From contig JBEKFP010000001.1 in the NCBI GenBank assembly GCA_050013255.1, positions 384,001-448,000 on the forward strand: DNA of 64,000 nucleotides. Direction: 5' to 3'. The position numbers and the translations under genes were made by a program. Positions 1 to 9,105 of the stretch are shown here, in pieces (positions within the stretch are counted from its first letter, which is position 1; the number at the start of each line of letters is the position of its first letter). Under the pieces are notes generated by a model, which did no database searches, was not told the origin of the DNA, and worked only from the letters and a program-made list of their open reading frames with translations. Source of the stretch: Candidatus Bathyarchaeia archaeon. Its GTDB lineage: Archaea; Thermoproteota; Bathyarchaeia; 40CM-2-53-6.

Positions 1-405
1 CTCGCCTTCGACGCGGTCGACCTTACACCGCCACTCGCAGAACACACACTTTCGAAGAATACGATTCAGAAGTTCAACTTTCACATCTAAGAAACTGAAC
101 TGCGGGTTCTGAGATCGCTCGGATGGAATTTCGCCCTCCCTGAACTCTCTCAACCTGTTCAGAAATTCCAGCCGCAGCCTGCCGTGCTCCCGCCATAATT
201 GCGCCTCTGTCATGAGGCCGGGGTCATCTTCGCAGGCGACCTCCTTGCAGATTAGGAACTTTGATGGCCTCAGATCCCGTAGTACGCTATAGTACCAAGA
301 CAGCCTTTCCCTCACCGCCTGGTCACGCCAAGCGTCGGTGATATAGTGTCTGAGCAACCTTCCCAAGAACTCCTCCTTCGGATCGGGTACTTTAGCGTGG
401 CCCAT
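1..405 (-). CDS. PflX-like radical SAM protein, N-terminal part (runs off the window start; not in the ORF track)
   Basis: Manual translation from ATG at 405: MGHAKVPDP...RERLSWYYSV...KVELLNRILRKCVFCEWRCKVDRVEGE. The CxxCxxxCxVxR motif is typical of the archaeal PflX (COG1313) N-terminus. Confidence 0.75.
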   Translation of the reverse strand, partial: MGHAKVPDPKEEFLGRLLRHYITDAWRDQAVRERLSWYYSVLRDLRPSKFLICKEVACEDDPGLMTEAQLWREHGRLRLEFLNRLREFREGEIPSERSQNPQFSFLDVKVELLNRILRKCVFCEWRCKVDRVEGE

Positions 406-564
406 CCTCGTTTCGAATGGTTACTATACGCCACTAACTGCGGAAACGAAATCCCCATCGTAGGCCAAAGATGCGAAGCCTCTCTCGACTAGGATGAGTT
501 CCATTGGAATCATGGTCATTCTGGTTTGTGACCTAACAGAACAGTCTAACAAAGCAGACTTGGA

Positions 565-861
565 ATGCCAACTGCAACCTTCCATATTCCAGAGGAAAAG
601 AGGAGTGTTTGGCAGCAGTTCCTCCAAATGATACACGGTGAAAGAGTGGGCGTCGGCAAGATCATTCTCCCCTGGATTGAACAGTTCGTTGAGAATCGCT
701 GGCCTGGCAACAGCCAATCACGTATGACACAATTCCTAGGCCTGGCGCACCCTCCCCGCGAGCGAGGCATAGGTCAACCAGTTTGCCCACGCTGCACGCG
801 ACTCATGATTCACTACCTCAACGACTCGAACCTGTTATCTTATGAGTGTCAGCCGCGATGA
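565..861 (+). CDS. Small RHH-like DNA-binding protein with PIP-like motif and CxxC, MGE-type
   Basis: N-terminal beta-strand TATFHIP followed by two helices; PGNSQSRMTQFL; CPRC. Confidence 0.5.
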   Translation: MPTATFHIPEEKRSVWQQFLQMIHGERVGVGKIILPWIEQFVENRWPGNSQSRMTQFLGLAHPPRERGIGQPVCPRCTRLMIHYLNDSNLLSYECQPR

Positions 862-1045
862 GATGTGGGGCATCCTCTTGGTTTACTCTTCGTAACGGGC
901 AATCTTAAGCAAGGCAATCAAGGGTAACGGTACCTTCCCGTCTGTTGGGAGACCCTATTACCTGTTGACTGCCGCGTCAGCCCACTCTTCGCTCCTTTGA
1001 CAGACTGAAACGTTACACCTCTTTGGAGGTAAAACATGATGTCTT

Positions 1046-2194
1046 TCATAGGGTCGTCTGCTTGACCACACTTGCTAGCTTGGAAAGCAGCTTTAGCATC
1101 GGTCTGACGTGGGTCTTAGTCGTGAGATAGTGTTCCAAGGTACGTTCACGCCCGATCCGATCACGTAGGATCTCTGTCTCGTAGACTTGGCGCTCTGCGT
1201 TGAACGCTTTCTCAAGCTTCCGCAGTGTCTCATAGTCGGCCGGTTTTCGGAAGTGACCGGTTGAGATGATAGCATCCTTCTCTATCGGCAGATTCCGCAG
1301 CGAACTACCGCTAGCTACGTAATAGCCGTAGTCCGATCGGTTGAACAGTCGGATTGGAGGTTTCTCAGCTCGTTCCAATTTTCCGTACAGGTCGGGGGTA
1401 AGCTTGGGAGGCACGTGAGCTCTCCCAAAGCTATCAAATCCCATTTCAAATGTCAACATGTCCTTCGCCGGCTTGACGGGCTGACTTGCTAGTGCTCGAC
1501 CTTGTCCCACATTCAATCCGTGTAGGTAGGACGGCTCCCCAAAGTCGGCATCTAGTTTTCTTAGATATCTTAGCACGCGAGTTATGTTGGGCTGCAGGCG
1601 CAACGGGTGTCGTCCATGAAAATCCATCGAGAACAGGCTCACGCCACGTTGTTCGTAGAACTTTAGGATGCCATCAAGCTCTCTATGAGACACGTAGGGT
1701 ATAAGGCCCATAATTGGGCGATGATTGATAGTTTCGTATACCGTAAAGAACTGGTCTAGAAACTGGAGATAGCTCACTCCAGTCGAACCTTGTAGGATCG
1801 GTGGTACCAGGATATCTGCTCCTGCGATATTCATCAAGTCGAAGAGGTATTCAGTTTCTCTCCGAGACGGTGTGATTCCCTGGGGAGAGACATATGAGAA
1901 AAACACTACATTCAATGCATCAGGATGGGGGTTTCTCTGAATAGCGTTCACCAAACTTGAAGTGAACTGTTGTTGCTTCTGAAGGTCACCATCTATCTGA
2001 TGAAGAATCTTTGGCGTCACCGACCTGAATAACTCGTTAATGGATGCGGTTCTGACATTACGCGATTCACATTCAGCGCTTTGGGTTAAGTGAACCGCTC
2101 GAACCGGCGTCTGGATGGTCTTACTTCGGACTCGAAGTGTGAGGACTCGCGAGAGAAAACCCTTATCGGTTCTCTCGAGTTTAGAGTACTTCAT
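1046..2194 (-). CDS. Divergent tRNA-guanine transglycosylase (TGT)-fold protein
   Basis: SRVLTL...IQTP start, ADILVPP, IMGLIP, YLHGLNVG, MGFDSFG and C-terminal FNAE...LRDRI helix follow the TGT barrel motif order. The catalytic Asp residues and Zn ligands are not evident. Confidence 0.6.
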   Translation of the reverse strand: MKYSKLERTDKGFLSRVLTLRVRSKTIQTPVRAVHLTQSAECESRNVRTASINELFRSVTPKILHQIDGDLQKQQQFTSSLVNAIQRNPHPDALNVVFFSYVSPQGITPSRRETEYLFDLMNIAGADILVPPILQGSTGVSYLQFLDQFFTVYETINHRPIMGLIPYVSHRELDGILKFYEQRGVSLFSMDFHGRHPLRLQPNITRVLRYLRKLDADFGEPSYLHGLNVGQGRALASQPVKPAKDMLTFEMGFDSFGRAHVPPKLTPDLYGKLERAEKPPIRLFNRSDYGYYVASGSSLRNLPIEKDAIISTGHFRKPADYETLRKLEKAFNAERQVYETEILRDRIGRERTLEHYLTTKTHVRPMLKLLSKLASVVKQTTL

Positions 2195-2247
2195 CCTTCA
2201 TTCCTTAAATGCAGAATACCATCATGTTAAGCACATGGGGAATCAGG

Positions 2248-2883
2248 TTGTCAGCCGATGACTTAGACCCGGTAGAACGTTATTTGTTTTTGCTATTGTA
2301 TTCTCCTGGCCCTCGCGGCTCTGCTGGCGAACCGATAAAAGGGGACCTTTGGCTCCAAAAAGAACTGTTCCTAGTCTCACAAAACGTCGAGCCATTGCGC
2401 GAGGAATTCGAGGCTTACAGGCTAGGCCCATTTAGCGAAGCCGTCGAAGAATATGAATCGCAACTACGTGTTTCCCAATTCATCGATGTCGCGGCATCCG
2501 GAATACGACTCACCGAGAAAGGCCAGAGCATTGCCAAAGAGATTTGGGAATCCGCAGATGAAAAGGAACGACGCTTGATTATCTACGTGAAGCAACTCCT
2601 CAACGATCTGTCGCGAGACGAGCTTCTCGTGCTAATCTATTCTAGTTTCGAAGAGTCAACCGTCAACTCCGATATCAAAGCTGAGGTCGAAAGAAAGAGG
2701 AGTGATGTAGCCATCAGTCTATTTCGAAAACAGAAAGTGAGCTTGGAACGCGCCGCTAGGATCGCCCGCATGCCTGTTATGCATTTCGTGAAGTTTCTGA
2801 AGGCACGTGGCATCTCTGCTTATGAGCCAAGCGACGCCGAGCTGAAGGAAGAATTGCTTGGTGCCGATCCTAATCGTTACTGA
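2248..2883 (+). CDS. Antitoxin fusion: Panacea/DUF4065-YwgA-like domain + UPF0175 domain
   Basis: IKGDLWLQKELFL...AYRLGPFS N-terminal motif; C-terminal KVSLERAARIARMPVMHFVKFLKARGI. The ORF opens at 2209; TTG 2248 is the more likely start. Confidence 0.7.
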   Translation: MSADDLDPVERYLFLLLYSPGPRGSAGEPIKGDLWLQKELFLVSQNVEPLREEFEAYRLGPFSEAVEEYESQLRVSQFIDVAASGIRLTEKGQSIAKEIWESADEKERRLIIYVKQLLNDLSRDELLVLIYSSFEESTVNSDIKAEVERKRSDVAISLFRKQKVSLERAARIARMPVMHFVKFLKARGISAYEPSDAELKEELLGADPNRY

Positions 2884-3355
2884 TTGTTCAGTGATCAGCG
2901 CGTTCGTAGACATAGGGTGCCTCTCGAAGCTCAATCAACTTTTGATTGTCAAAAAGTGGAAGCTAGCGATTCCAGATCTTGTCCTTGACGAAATGAGTGG
3001 CAAGATTTCGCGACGGCAGCTAAGGAAGCGTCTGAAGTTCACGGTTCAGAGAACGCACGCCGCGAACATCAAGCGATTGAGAGCCCGCTACTTGTCACTT
3101 GGGGACGGCGAGCTAGCTGTGGTTTCCTATCTTTTGAGAAGACAATCGGGAGCGGCTTTAGCGGGGTTGGATGATCATACGGCCCGTAATGTCGCCCAGA
3201 CTTTGGGCGTGAAATATATCGGGACGCTGGGATTGCTTCGGTTGATGTACATTTCGCATATCATAAATCATGACGAAATGAGCTACTATTGCAAGGCACT
3301 AAGTAAAGTAGGATTCCATATTACGGAAACTCTGATCAAGAAAATCCTTGAGTGA
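2858..3355 (+). CDS. DUF3368 PIN-domain toxin (COG2405)
   Basis: VTDCSVI, LGDGELAVV, LDDHTARNVAQTLGVKYIGTLGLL; overlaps the UPF0175 gene. Confidence 0.85.
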   Translation: MVPILIVTDCSVISAFVDIGCLSKLNQLLIVKKWKLAIPDLVLDEMSGKISRRQLRKRLKFTVQRTHAANIKRLRARYLSLGDGELAVVSYLLRRQSGAALAGLDDHTARNVAQTLGVKYIGTLGLLRLMYISHIINHDEMSYYCKALSKVGFHITETLIKKILE

Positions 3356-3519
3356 ACCGACGCGCCTAATATTGCCTGCAGTTGACCCGCGCCAGCTCCT
3401 TTGGAGGTTTTTTCCGCGACGACACCTATCGCTCTCTGTTTCCTAGAATATAGTCTCTGAGATTTAGCCGGTGATAATGTTTTATCGGCAGCCAGTCAAG
3501 ACTTAGTTGGGTACTAATC

Positions 3520-5496
3520 TTGGTGGAACTAGTCTGGGATCGGAAGTACGATAAATCAGGAACCAAGACTGCCCCGGTTTCTGTAGCTCTGCCCTTCCAG
3601 ACAATTGAAACCCTAAACGAATCTACACAGCAACGTCAGAAGTCAATCGAATCGTTTCTCACGGGAAGAGGCGAAACAGAATGGCGAAACCGGCTCATAT
3701 GGGGCGACAAGAAATACGTTCTTCCTAGCCTCCTACCTGAATTCGCAAATTCAGTAGACCTAATCTACATCGACCCGCCATTCGGCACCGGTGCGGACTT
3801 CTCGTTCATTGCCACTGTGCCGGATGACCCCGACGCGACGGAGGGCGACTCGTTGGTCTTCACCAAGGAACCGAGCATCATAGAACAGAAGGCTTACCGT
3901 GATACCTGGGGCCATGGGTTGGATACCTATCTCCATTGGTTCTACGAAACGGCGGCGCTTCTCCATGAACTGCTCAATGATAGGGGAAGCATTTACGTAC
4001 ATCTCGACTCTGGCGTGAGTCATTACGCCAAGTTGATTCTTGACGAGGTATTTGGTGCGGAGCAGTTTGTCAACGAAATCGTCTGGCGTAGAGCGTTCGC
4101 ACATAATGACCCAGCTCGTTGCGGAATGATTCATGACGTCCTCCTCTTCTATTCAAAGACCGAAAGCCGCACATGGAATGATGTCTTACAGAAACCGAGC
4201 CGGGAATATGTCGAACAATTCTTTGACCAGTATGATGAGACCCGGAAGGAACGATATGAGCGACTTCCTCTAGACGCTCCCCGACACGGCGCCGGGGGAA
4301 ATCTTCTTTACGAATGGAAAGGCGTGTGGCCAGCAAAGAACCGAACATGGGCCGTCCAGAGAGAAAAAATGGAGGAGTACGATAGGGCTGGTAGAATCCA
4401 TTATCCGAAGAAAGGGATTCCCAGACTCAAACGGTACGAGAGCGAATATGAAGGCACAGTCCTTCAAGACATCTGGACCGACATTAACAAAATCCATAAT
4501 CAGTCTCCAGAACTCTTGCACTACCCGACACAGAAACCCGAAGCCCTTCTTGAGCGCATACTCAAAACTTCCTCGAATGAGGGTGACCTGGTGCTGGATT
4601 GTTTCGTGGGCAGCGGTACCACGGCTGCTGTGGCGGAGAAGTTGGGGCGGCGCTGGATCGTGTGTGACCTTAGCCGATTTGCGATCCACACGACTCGCAA
4701 ACGTCTTCTCAGCGTGGAGAACCTCAAACCATTTGTTATACAAAATTTGGGTAAGTACGAGCGTCAAGCTTGGCAGACCGCTGAATTCGGAGATGAAGCT
4801 GGAACAAAAGTTCGATCATACACCAGCTTTATTCTCAAATTGTATAATGCTCAACCTTTGAACGGATACATTTGGCTTCATGGGAAGAAAGGAGCCCGTC
4901 TTGTTCACGTAGGCTCAGTGGATTCACCCATTTCGCCTTTAGACGTCGGACAAATCGTTGCCGAATTCAAGCGTTCAATCGGGACGGGCAAGGAAGCCCC
5001 TAGAACGAATGGCGTCGACGTGTTAGGATGGGATTTCGCCTTTGAGTTGAATGAGCTGGCAAAGCAGCAAGTTGCTCAGGCTAACGTTGACTTGCGATTC
5101 TTGCGCATTCCACGTGAAGTGCTTGACAAGAAGGCCGTTGAACAAGGAGACGTTCGTTTCTTCGAACTAGCCTCATTGGATGTCGGAGTAAAGACTTCCG
5201 GAAAGAAAGCTACAGTCACTATCAAAGACTTTGTGATTCCAGCAGATGACGTGCCTTCTGATATCCAGAAAGAAATCAATCATTGGTCACAATGGATCGA
5301 TTATTGGGCGGTCGACTGGAACAACAAGAATGACACTTTCCACAATGAATGGCAAGAGTATCGTACACGGGAGAAGCCTAAGCTCGTAACGGAAACCTCC
5401 AAAACGTATGACGAGCACGGAGAATATCGTGTTGTTGTGAAAGTCATCGATATTCTCGGAAACGACACTACGAAATTGCTTCGGGTGAAGGTCTAG
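3520..5496 (+). CDS. mod: Type III R-M N6-adenine methyltransferase (Mod)
   Basis: IYIDPPF (motif IV) before YPTQKPE and DCFVGSGTT (motif I), beta-class order; stop overlaps the res start. Confidence 0.92.
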   Translation: MVELVWDRKYDKSGTKTAPVSVALPFQTIETLNESTQQRQKSIESFLTGRGETEWRNRLIWGDKKYVLPSLLPEFANSVDLIYIDPPFGTGADFSFIATVPDDPDATEGDSLVFTKEPSIIEQKAYRDTWGHGLDTYLHWFYETAALLHELLNDRGSIYVHLDSGVSHYAKLILDEVFGAEQFVNEIVWRRAFAHNDPARCGMIHDVLLFYSKTESRTWNDVLQKPSREYVEQFFDQYDETRKERYERLPLDAPRHGAGGNLLYEWKGVWPAKNRTWAVQREKMEEYDRAGRIHYPKKGIPRLKRYESEYEGTVLQDIWTDINKIHNQSPELLHYPTQKPEALLERILKTSSNEGDLVLDCFVGSGTTAAVAEKLGRRWIVCDLSRFAIHTTRKRLLSVENLKPFVIQNLGKYERQAWQTAEFGDEAGTKVRSYTSFILKLYNAQPLNGYIWLHGKKGARLVHVGSVDSPISPLDVGQIVAEFKRSIGTGKEAPRTNGVDVLGWDFAFELNELAKQQVAQANVDLRFLRIPREVLDKKAVEQGDVRFFELASLDVGVKTSGKKATVTIKDFVIPADDVPSDIQKEINHWSQWIDYWAVDWNNKNDTFHNEWQEYRTREKPKLVTETSKTYDEHGEYRVVVKVIDILGNDTTKLLRVKV

Positions 5497-8102
5497 TGAG
5501 AGTGAAAAACCGCAGAAGTTCGCAGGCTAGACTCGTTGCCTCAGAAGGTGAGTTGAAGCTCCTAGCTCCCGCGATCGGAACTGCACCCTGTGTTCCTGCC
5601 ATCAAGACCTCAGTGAACTCATGGATCAAGAGCGGTTACACCACTCCCGAAGGATGCACTGAAACAAGCAAAGCTTTGCTGAATTACTGGTTTCATTCTG
5701 ATCATCGACTGGCGAATGGTCGAGTTTTCGCATACAATACAGCCCAACATGAGGCAATGGAAACTCTCGTCTACCTGTATGAGGTGGCTAAGATACGACG
5801 CCAACGAACTATGCTTGAACAATACGCCGTGGAATCAAAGCATCTGCAACTACTGCAACACGACGACTTCGCCAGGTACTGTTTCAAAATGGCGACAGGC
5901 AGTGGCAAAACAAAGGTAATGGCTCTTGCAGTTGCCTGGCAATACTTTAACGCCATCATGGGGAACATTCCAGGCTATTCAAAAACGTCGCTCCTGATTG
6001 CTCCAAACGTAATCGTATTCGAGAGACTGCGATTAGACTTCGCCGGCGGCAGAATATTCCGTGCAGACCCAGTCATTCCTCCGGAGTTTGTGAATACTTG
6101 GGATTTTGAATGTTATATGCGAGGAGAAGCCGACCGTGCGCGTTCTGAGGGGGCGCTCTACCTTACCAACGTTCAACAACTGTACGACAGGCCAACCGAA
6201 GATGATGAACCTAAGGAGATGTCAGATGTTCTAGGCCGTAAACCGCCTTACGAGGGAAGCGAAATCGAGGATTTCATGTCGCGTTTGATCAGGCGAGTTG
6301 GACCAATCCTTGTAGTGAACGATGAAGCCCATCACACATGGGATGAAGAACTGAAATGGAACGATATCATTCGTGACTTGAACAGCAAGGTCACGAGAGG
6401 AGTAGGAGCCCAGCTCGATTTTTCGGCAACGCCCCGATTCAGTCATGGTGCGTTGTTCTCATGGACGATTTACGATTATCCTCTAAAACGAGCCATTGAA
6501 GATGGAATCGTCAAACGACCACTCAAAGGAGTAGCCTCGGGGATACATGAAGCTCGATCCAATACTGCAAGTACAAAGTACAGAGCCTATTTGACTGCCG
6601 GAGTAGAAAGATGGAGGGAATATCGAGAACAGCTCAAACCACTCAAGAAGAAGCCGATACTTTTTGTAATGATGAACAATACGGACGACGCAGACGAGGT
6701 TGGAGACTATCTCAGAACACATTATCAGGAAGAATTCGGAGCTGATAAACTTCTGGTTATACATACTGATAAAAAGGGCGAAGTTTCGAAACGTGATTTG
6801 GAAGTAGCCAGGCGAGTCGCGCGAGAAGTTGACTCTGAGACCAGTTCTGTGAATGCAATAGTAAGCGTGCTGATGCTTCGTGAAGGGTGGGACGTTCAGA
6901 ACGTTACCGTCGTCATTGGTCTTAGACCGTACACATCGAAGGCGAACATTCTACCAGAACAAACGATCGGAAGAGGACTTCGGTTAATGTTTCGTGACCT
7001 AGCCGGTGAATACCGTGAAAGAGTTGACGTGATTGGCAACAAGGCATTCATCAATTTCGTGGAGGATCTGGAGAAGGACGAGGGAACCAAGTTCGACACC
7101 TTCCAACTGGGTAAGGAAAAACTTGAGATCGTCACAATCATGGTCGATCCCAAGAAAGCGGATAAGGATATTGAAATTCCAGTCCTCAGCCCAATACTAG
7201 TCCGGAAAAAGTCTCTCTCTGAGGAAATATCGTCCTTAAACATTCGCACACTGAAATGCCCAAAGTTGCCAAAAAAGGAAACTGATCCCGAGACAGAGAC
7301 ATTTCGATATGAAGGCTACGATTTTCTCACGCTCAAGAAAGAAATAGAACGCCGGTATAAGATCCCTCAAGCTCAAACCGCTCAGGAAGTAATTTCCTAT
7401 TACGCCAAGGAGATTGCACAAGACGTCAAACTGCCTTCCCAATTCGCATACCTCGTCCCCAAGATTCGACAGTTCCTCGAAGAACGAGCGTTCGGAGAGA
7501 AGGTCAACCTCAACGACCCCGTAATTCTCAAGGCAATGAGCAGCAACGTCAGTCAGTACGTCGTAGTTCAGACATTCGTCAAAGCGCTCAGAGCGATAAT
7601 CGTCGAGGAACGCATCCCAGAAATTGCTGCACCACCACGAAGACTCTCCCAGACAGAACCCTTCGCCTACTCGAGACCAACATATCAAGCATCAAAATGC
7701 ATCTTCAATCGGGTACCATGCGACAACGAGTTCGAGGTAGAGTTCTCGAAACTCCTCCAATCATCCGATGAGGTCATCAGCTTCTCCAAACTACCATCAC
7801 GATTCGAGTTTTCAATCGAATACACCGATTCCGTCGCCAACTTGCGATACTACGAACCCGATTTCGTTGCGGTGCTGGAAAATGGTGAGCATTATCTAAT
7901 TGAGACTAAAGGGCGTGAAGACCCTGATGTGCCGCATAAGGATAGGGCTGCCAAACTCTGGTGTGACTACGCAACTGGCTTGACCCAAGTTAAGTGGCAG
8001 TATCTGAAGGTGCCGCAGCAAGACTTCAAGCGATTGGAGCCGGACGAGTTCTCCGACCTTAATGTCTTCAAATATGAGCAACAGACGCTGACCGCTGACT
8101 AG
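5496..8102 (+). CDS. res: Type III R-M restriction subunit (SF2 helicase + PD-(D/E)xK)
   Basis: MATGSGKT, DEAH, SAT, LREGWDV, QTIGRGLR, YEPDFV...IETKG. Confidence 0.92.
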   Translation: MRVKNRRSSQARLVASEGELKLLAPAIGTAPCVPAIKTSVNSWIKSGYTTPEGCTETSKALLNYWFHSDHRLANGRVFAYNTAQHEAMETLVYLYEVAKIRRQRTMLEQYAVESKHLQLLQHDDFARYCFKMATGSGKTKVMALAVAWQYFNAIMGNIPGYSKTSLLIAPNVIVFERLRLDFAGGRIFRADPVIPPEFVNTWDFECYMRGEADRARSEGALYLTNVQQLYDRPTEDDEPKEMSDVLGRKPPYEGSEIEDFMSRLIRRVGPILVVNDEAHHTWDEELKWNDIIRDLNSKVTRGVGAQLDFSATPRFSHGALFSWTIYDYPLKRAIEDGIVKRPLKGVASGIHEARSNTASTKYRAYLTAGVERWREYREQLKPLKKKPILFVMMNNTDDADEVGDYLRTHYQEEFGADKLLVIHTDKKGEVSKRDLEVARRVAREVDSETSSVNAIVSVLMLREGWDVQNVTVVIGLRPYTSKANILPEQTIGRGLRLMFRDLAGEYRERVDVIGNKAFINFVEDLEKDEGTKFDTFQLGKEKLEIVTIMVDPKKADKDIEIPVLSPILVRKKSLSEEISSLNIRTLKCPKLPKKETDPETETFRYEGYDFLTLKKEIERRYKIPQAQTAQEVISYYAKEIAQDVKLPSQFAYLVPKIRQFLEERAFGEKVNLNDPVILKAMSSNVSQYVVVQTFVKALRAIIVEERIPEIAAPPRRLSQTEPFAYSRPTYQASKCIFNRVPCDNEFEVEFSKLLQSSDEVISFSKLPSRFEFSIEYTDSVANLRYYEPDFVAVLENGEHYLIETKGREDPDVPHKDRAAKLWCDYATGLTQVKWQYLKVPQQDFKRLEPDEFSDLNVFKYEQQTLTAD

Positions 8103-8113
8103 ACACGCCACAA

Positions 8114-8842
8114 ATGCTATCTACGCATATCGCGCGATTTGGTGGCTTCGAAACATTTTCTTCAACTTTTGGGCGGAAGCATTTGGGAGTCAATATTAAT
8201 TCTGAAACTGCGGACGAATTGATCCGAGGCGTGACCCTGAAGATACGACAGAATGTGGAATCGGGCATCTCGCCGCTGTCGAGCGAGAGCACGTTCAGGT
8301 TTCTCTTCGCATGGGAATTAGGTAGAGCAAATGAATTTTCTCCCGACTATCGTTTCGATTTTGAATGGAACGCATATTCCAGCCTTGATAGCGAGGACAC
8401 ATTCTTGGATTTGCTCGTCTACACAGATCCAACGTTCAAAGTTGCTTTAGAATTCAAGCTTCCCAAGTCATCGGACTTTCACATGACCAACTCCACACAA
8501 ACGCGAGCAAAGATTTGCAGAGACATTTCGAGACTCAACTATCTGGTAAGAAAGCAGTTGAATTCGATACGTTTAGGATACTTCCTCTGCGCTACTAACG
8601 AAGGTGCATATCTTACGGAAGGTCGGAAAACAAGCAACATTCAGTATAAGACCTACAATGGAACTGCATACCAACCGAACGAGATGATCCCCAAAGGTAG
8701 GCCTCCAAACGGCATCCAGCGAGATCTATTGTTCCCGAACCATATTGTGCGGTTTGAATGGGAAGGGACTGAGTCTACCCGAAATCGACTCCAAATGAAG
8801 GGCAGATTCGCGTGGCTAACTCCGATAAGAATCTCGGGCTAG
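8114..8842 (+). CDS. PD-(D/E)xK restriction-endonuclease-like protein
   Basis: FLDLLV...VALEFKLP...CRDISRL; starts 11 bp after res. Confidence 0.6.
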   Translation: MLSTHIARFGGFETFSSTFGRKHLGVNINSETADELIRGVTLKIRQNVESGISPLSSESTFRFLFAWELGRANEFSPDYRFDFEWNAYSSLDSEDTFLDLLVYTDPTFKVALEFKLPKSSDFHMTNSTQTRAKICRDISRLNYLVRKQLNSIRLGYFLCATNEGAYLTEGRKTSNIQYKTYNGTAYQPNEMIPKGRPPNGIQRDLLFPNHIVRFEWEGTESTRNRLQMKGRFAWLTPIRISG

Positions 8843-9105
8843 TTCTGGTTTTCGAACACTCCTGGACTGATTCAGCGAAGAGTATTATCGTCGATTTTCG
8901 TCTAGATTTGAGATGTCATGGGTACTAGCCAATAAGAAGTTGGTCACACAATACACGGGATTACACTTATCTTGACTAGGGCCTTTTTGCTCCCTATGTT
9001 CTTCAGCACGGTACTTTCCCAGTTATCTAACCTTAACGATTATGCTAATCGACATCTCGACAACGATATGGGAAGTTAGGCAGCGAGAAATCGGAGTGTT
9101 GAGAA

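Noticed and set aside
424-717. 97-aa minus-strand ORF
   Set aside because: Overlaps the more protein-like RHH ORF on the plus strand; no motif
1046-2194. Calling the gene tgtA or dpdA
   Set aside because: Catalytic Asp residues, Zn site, PUA domain and partner genes are not evident
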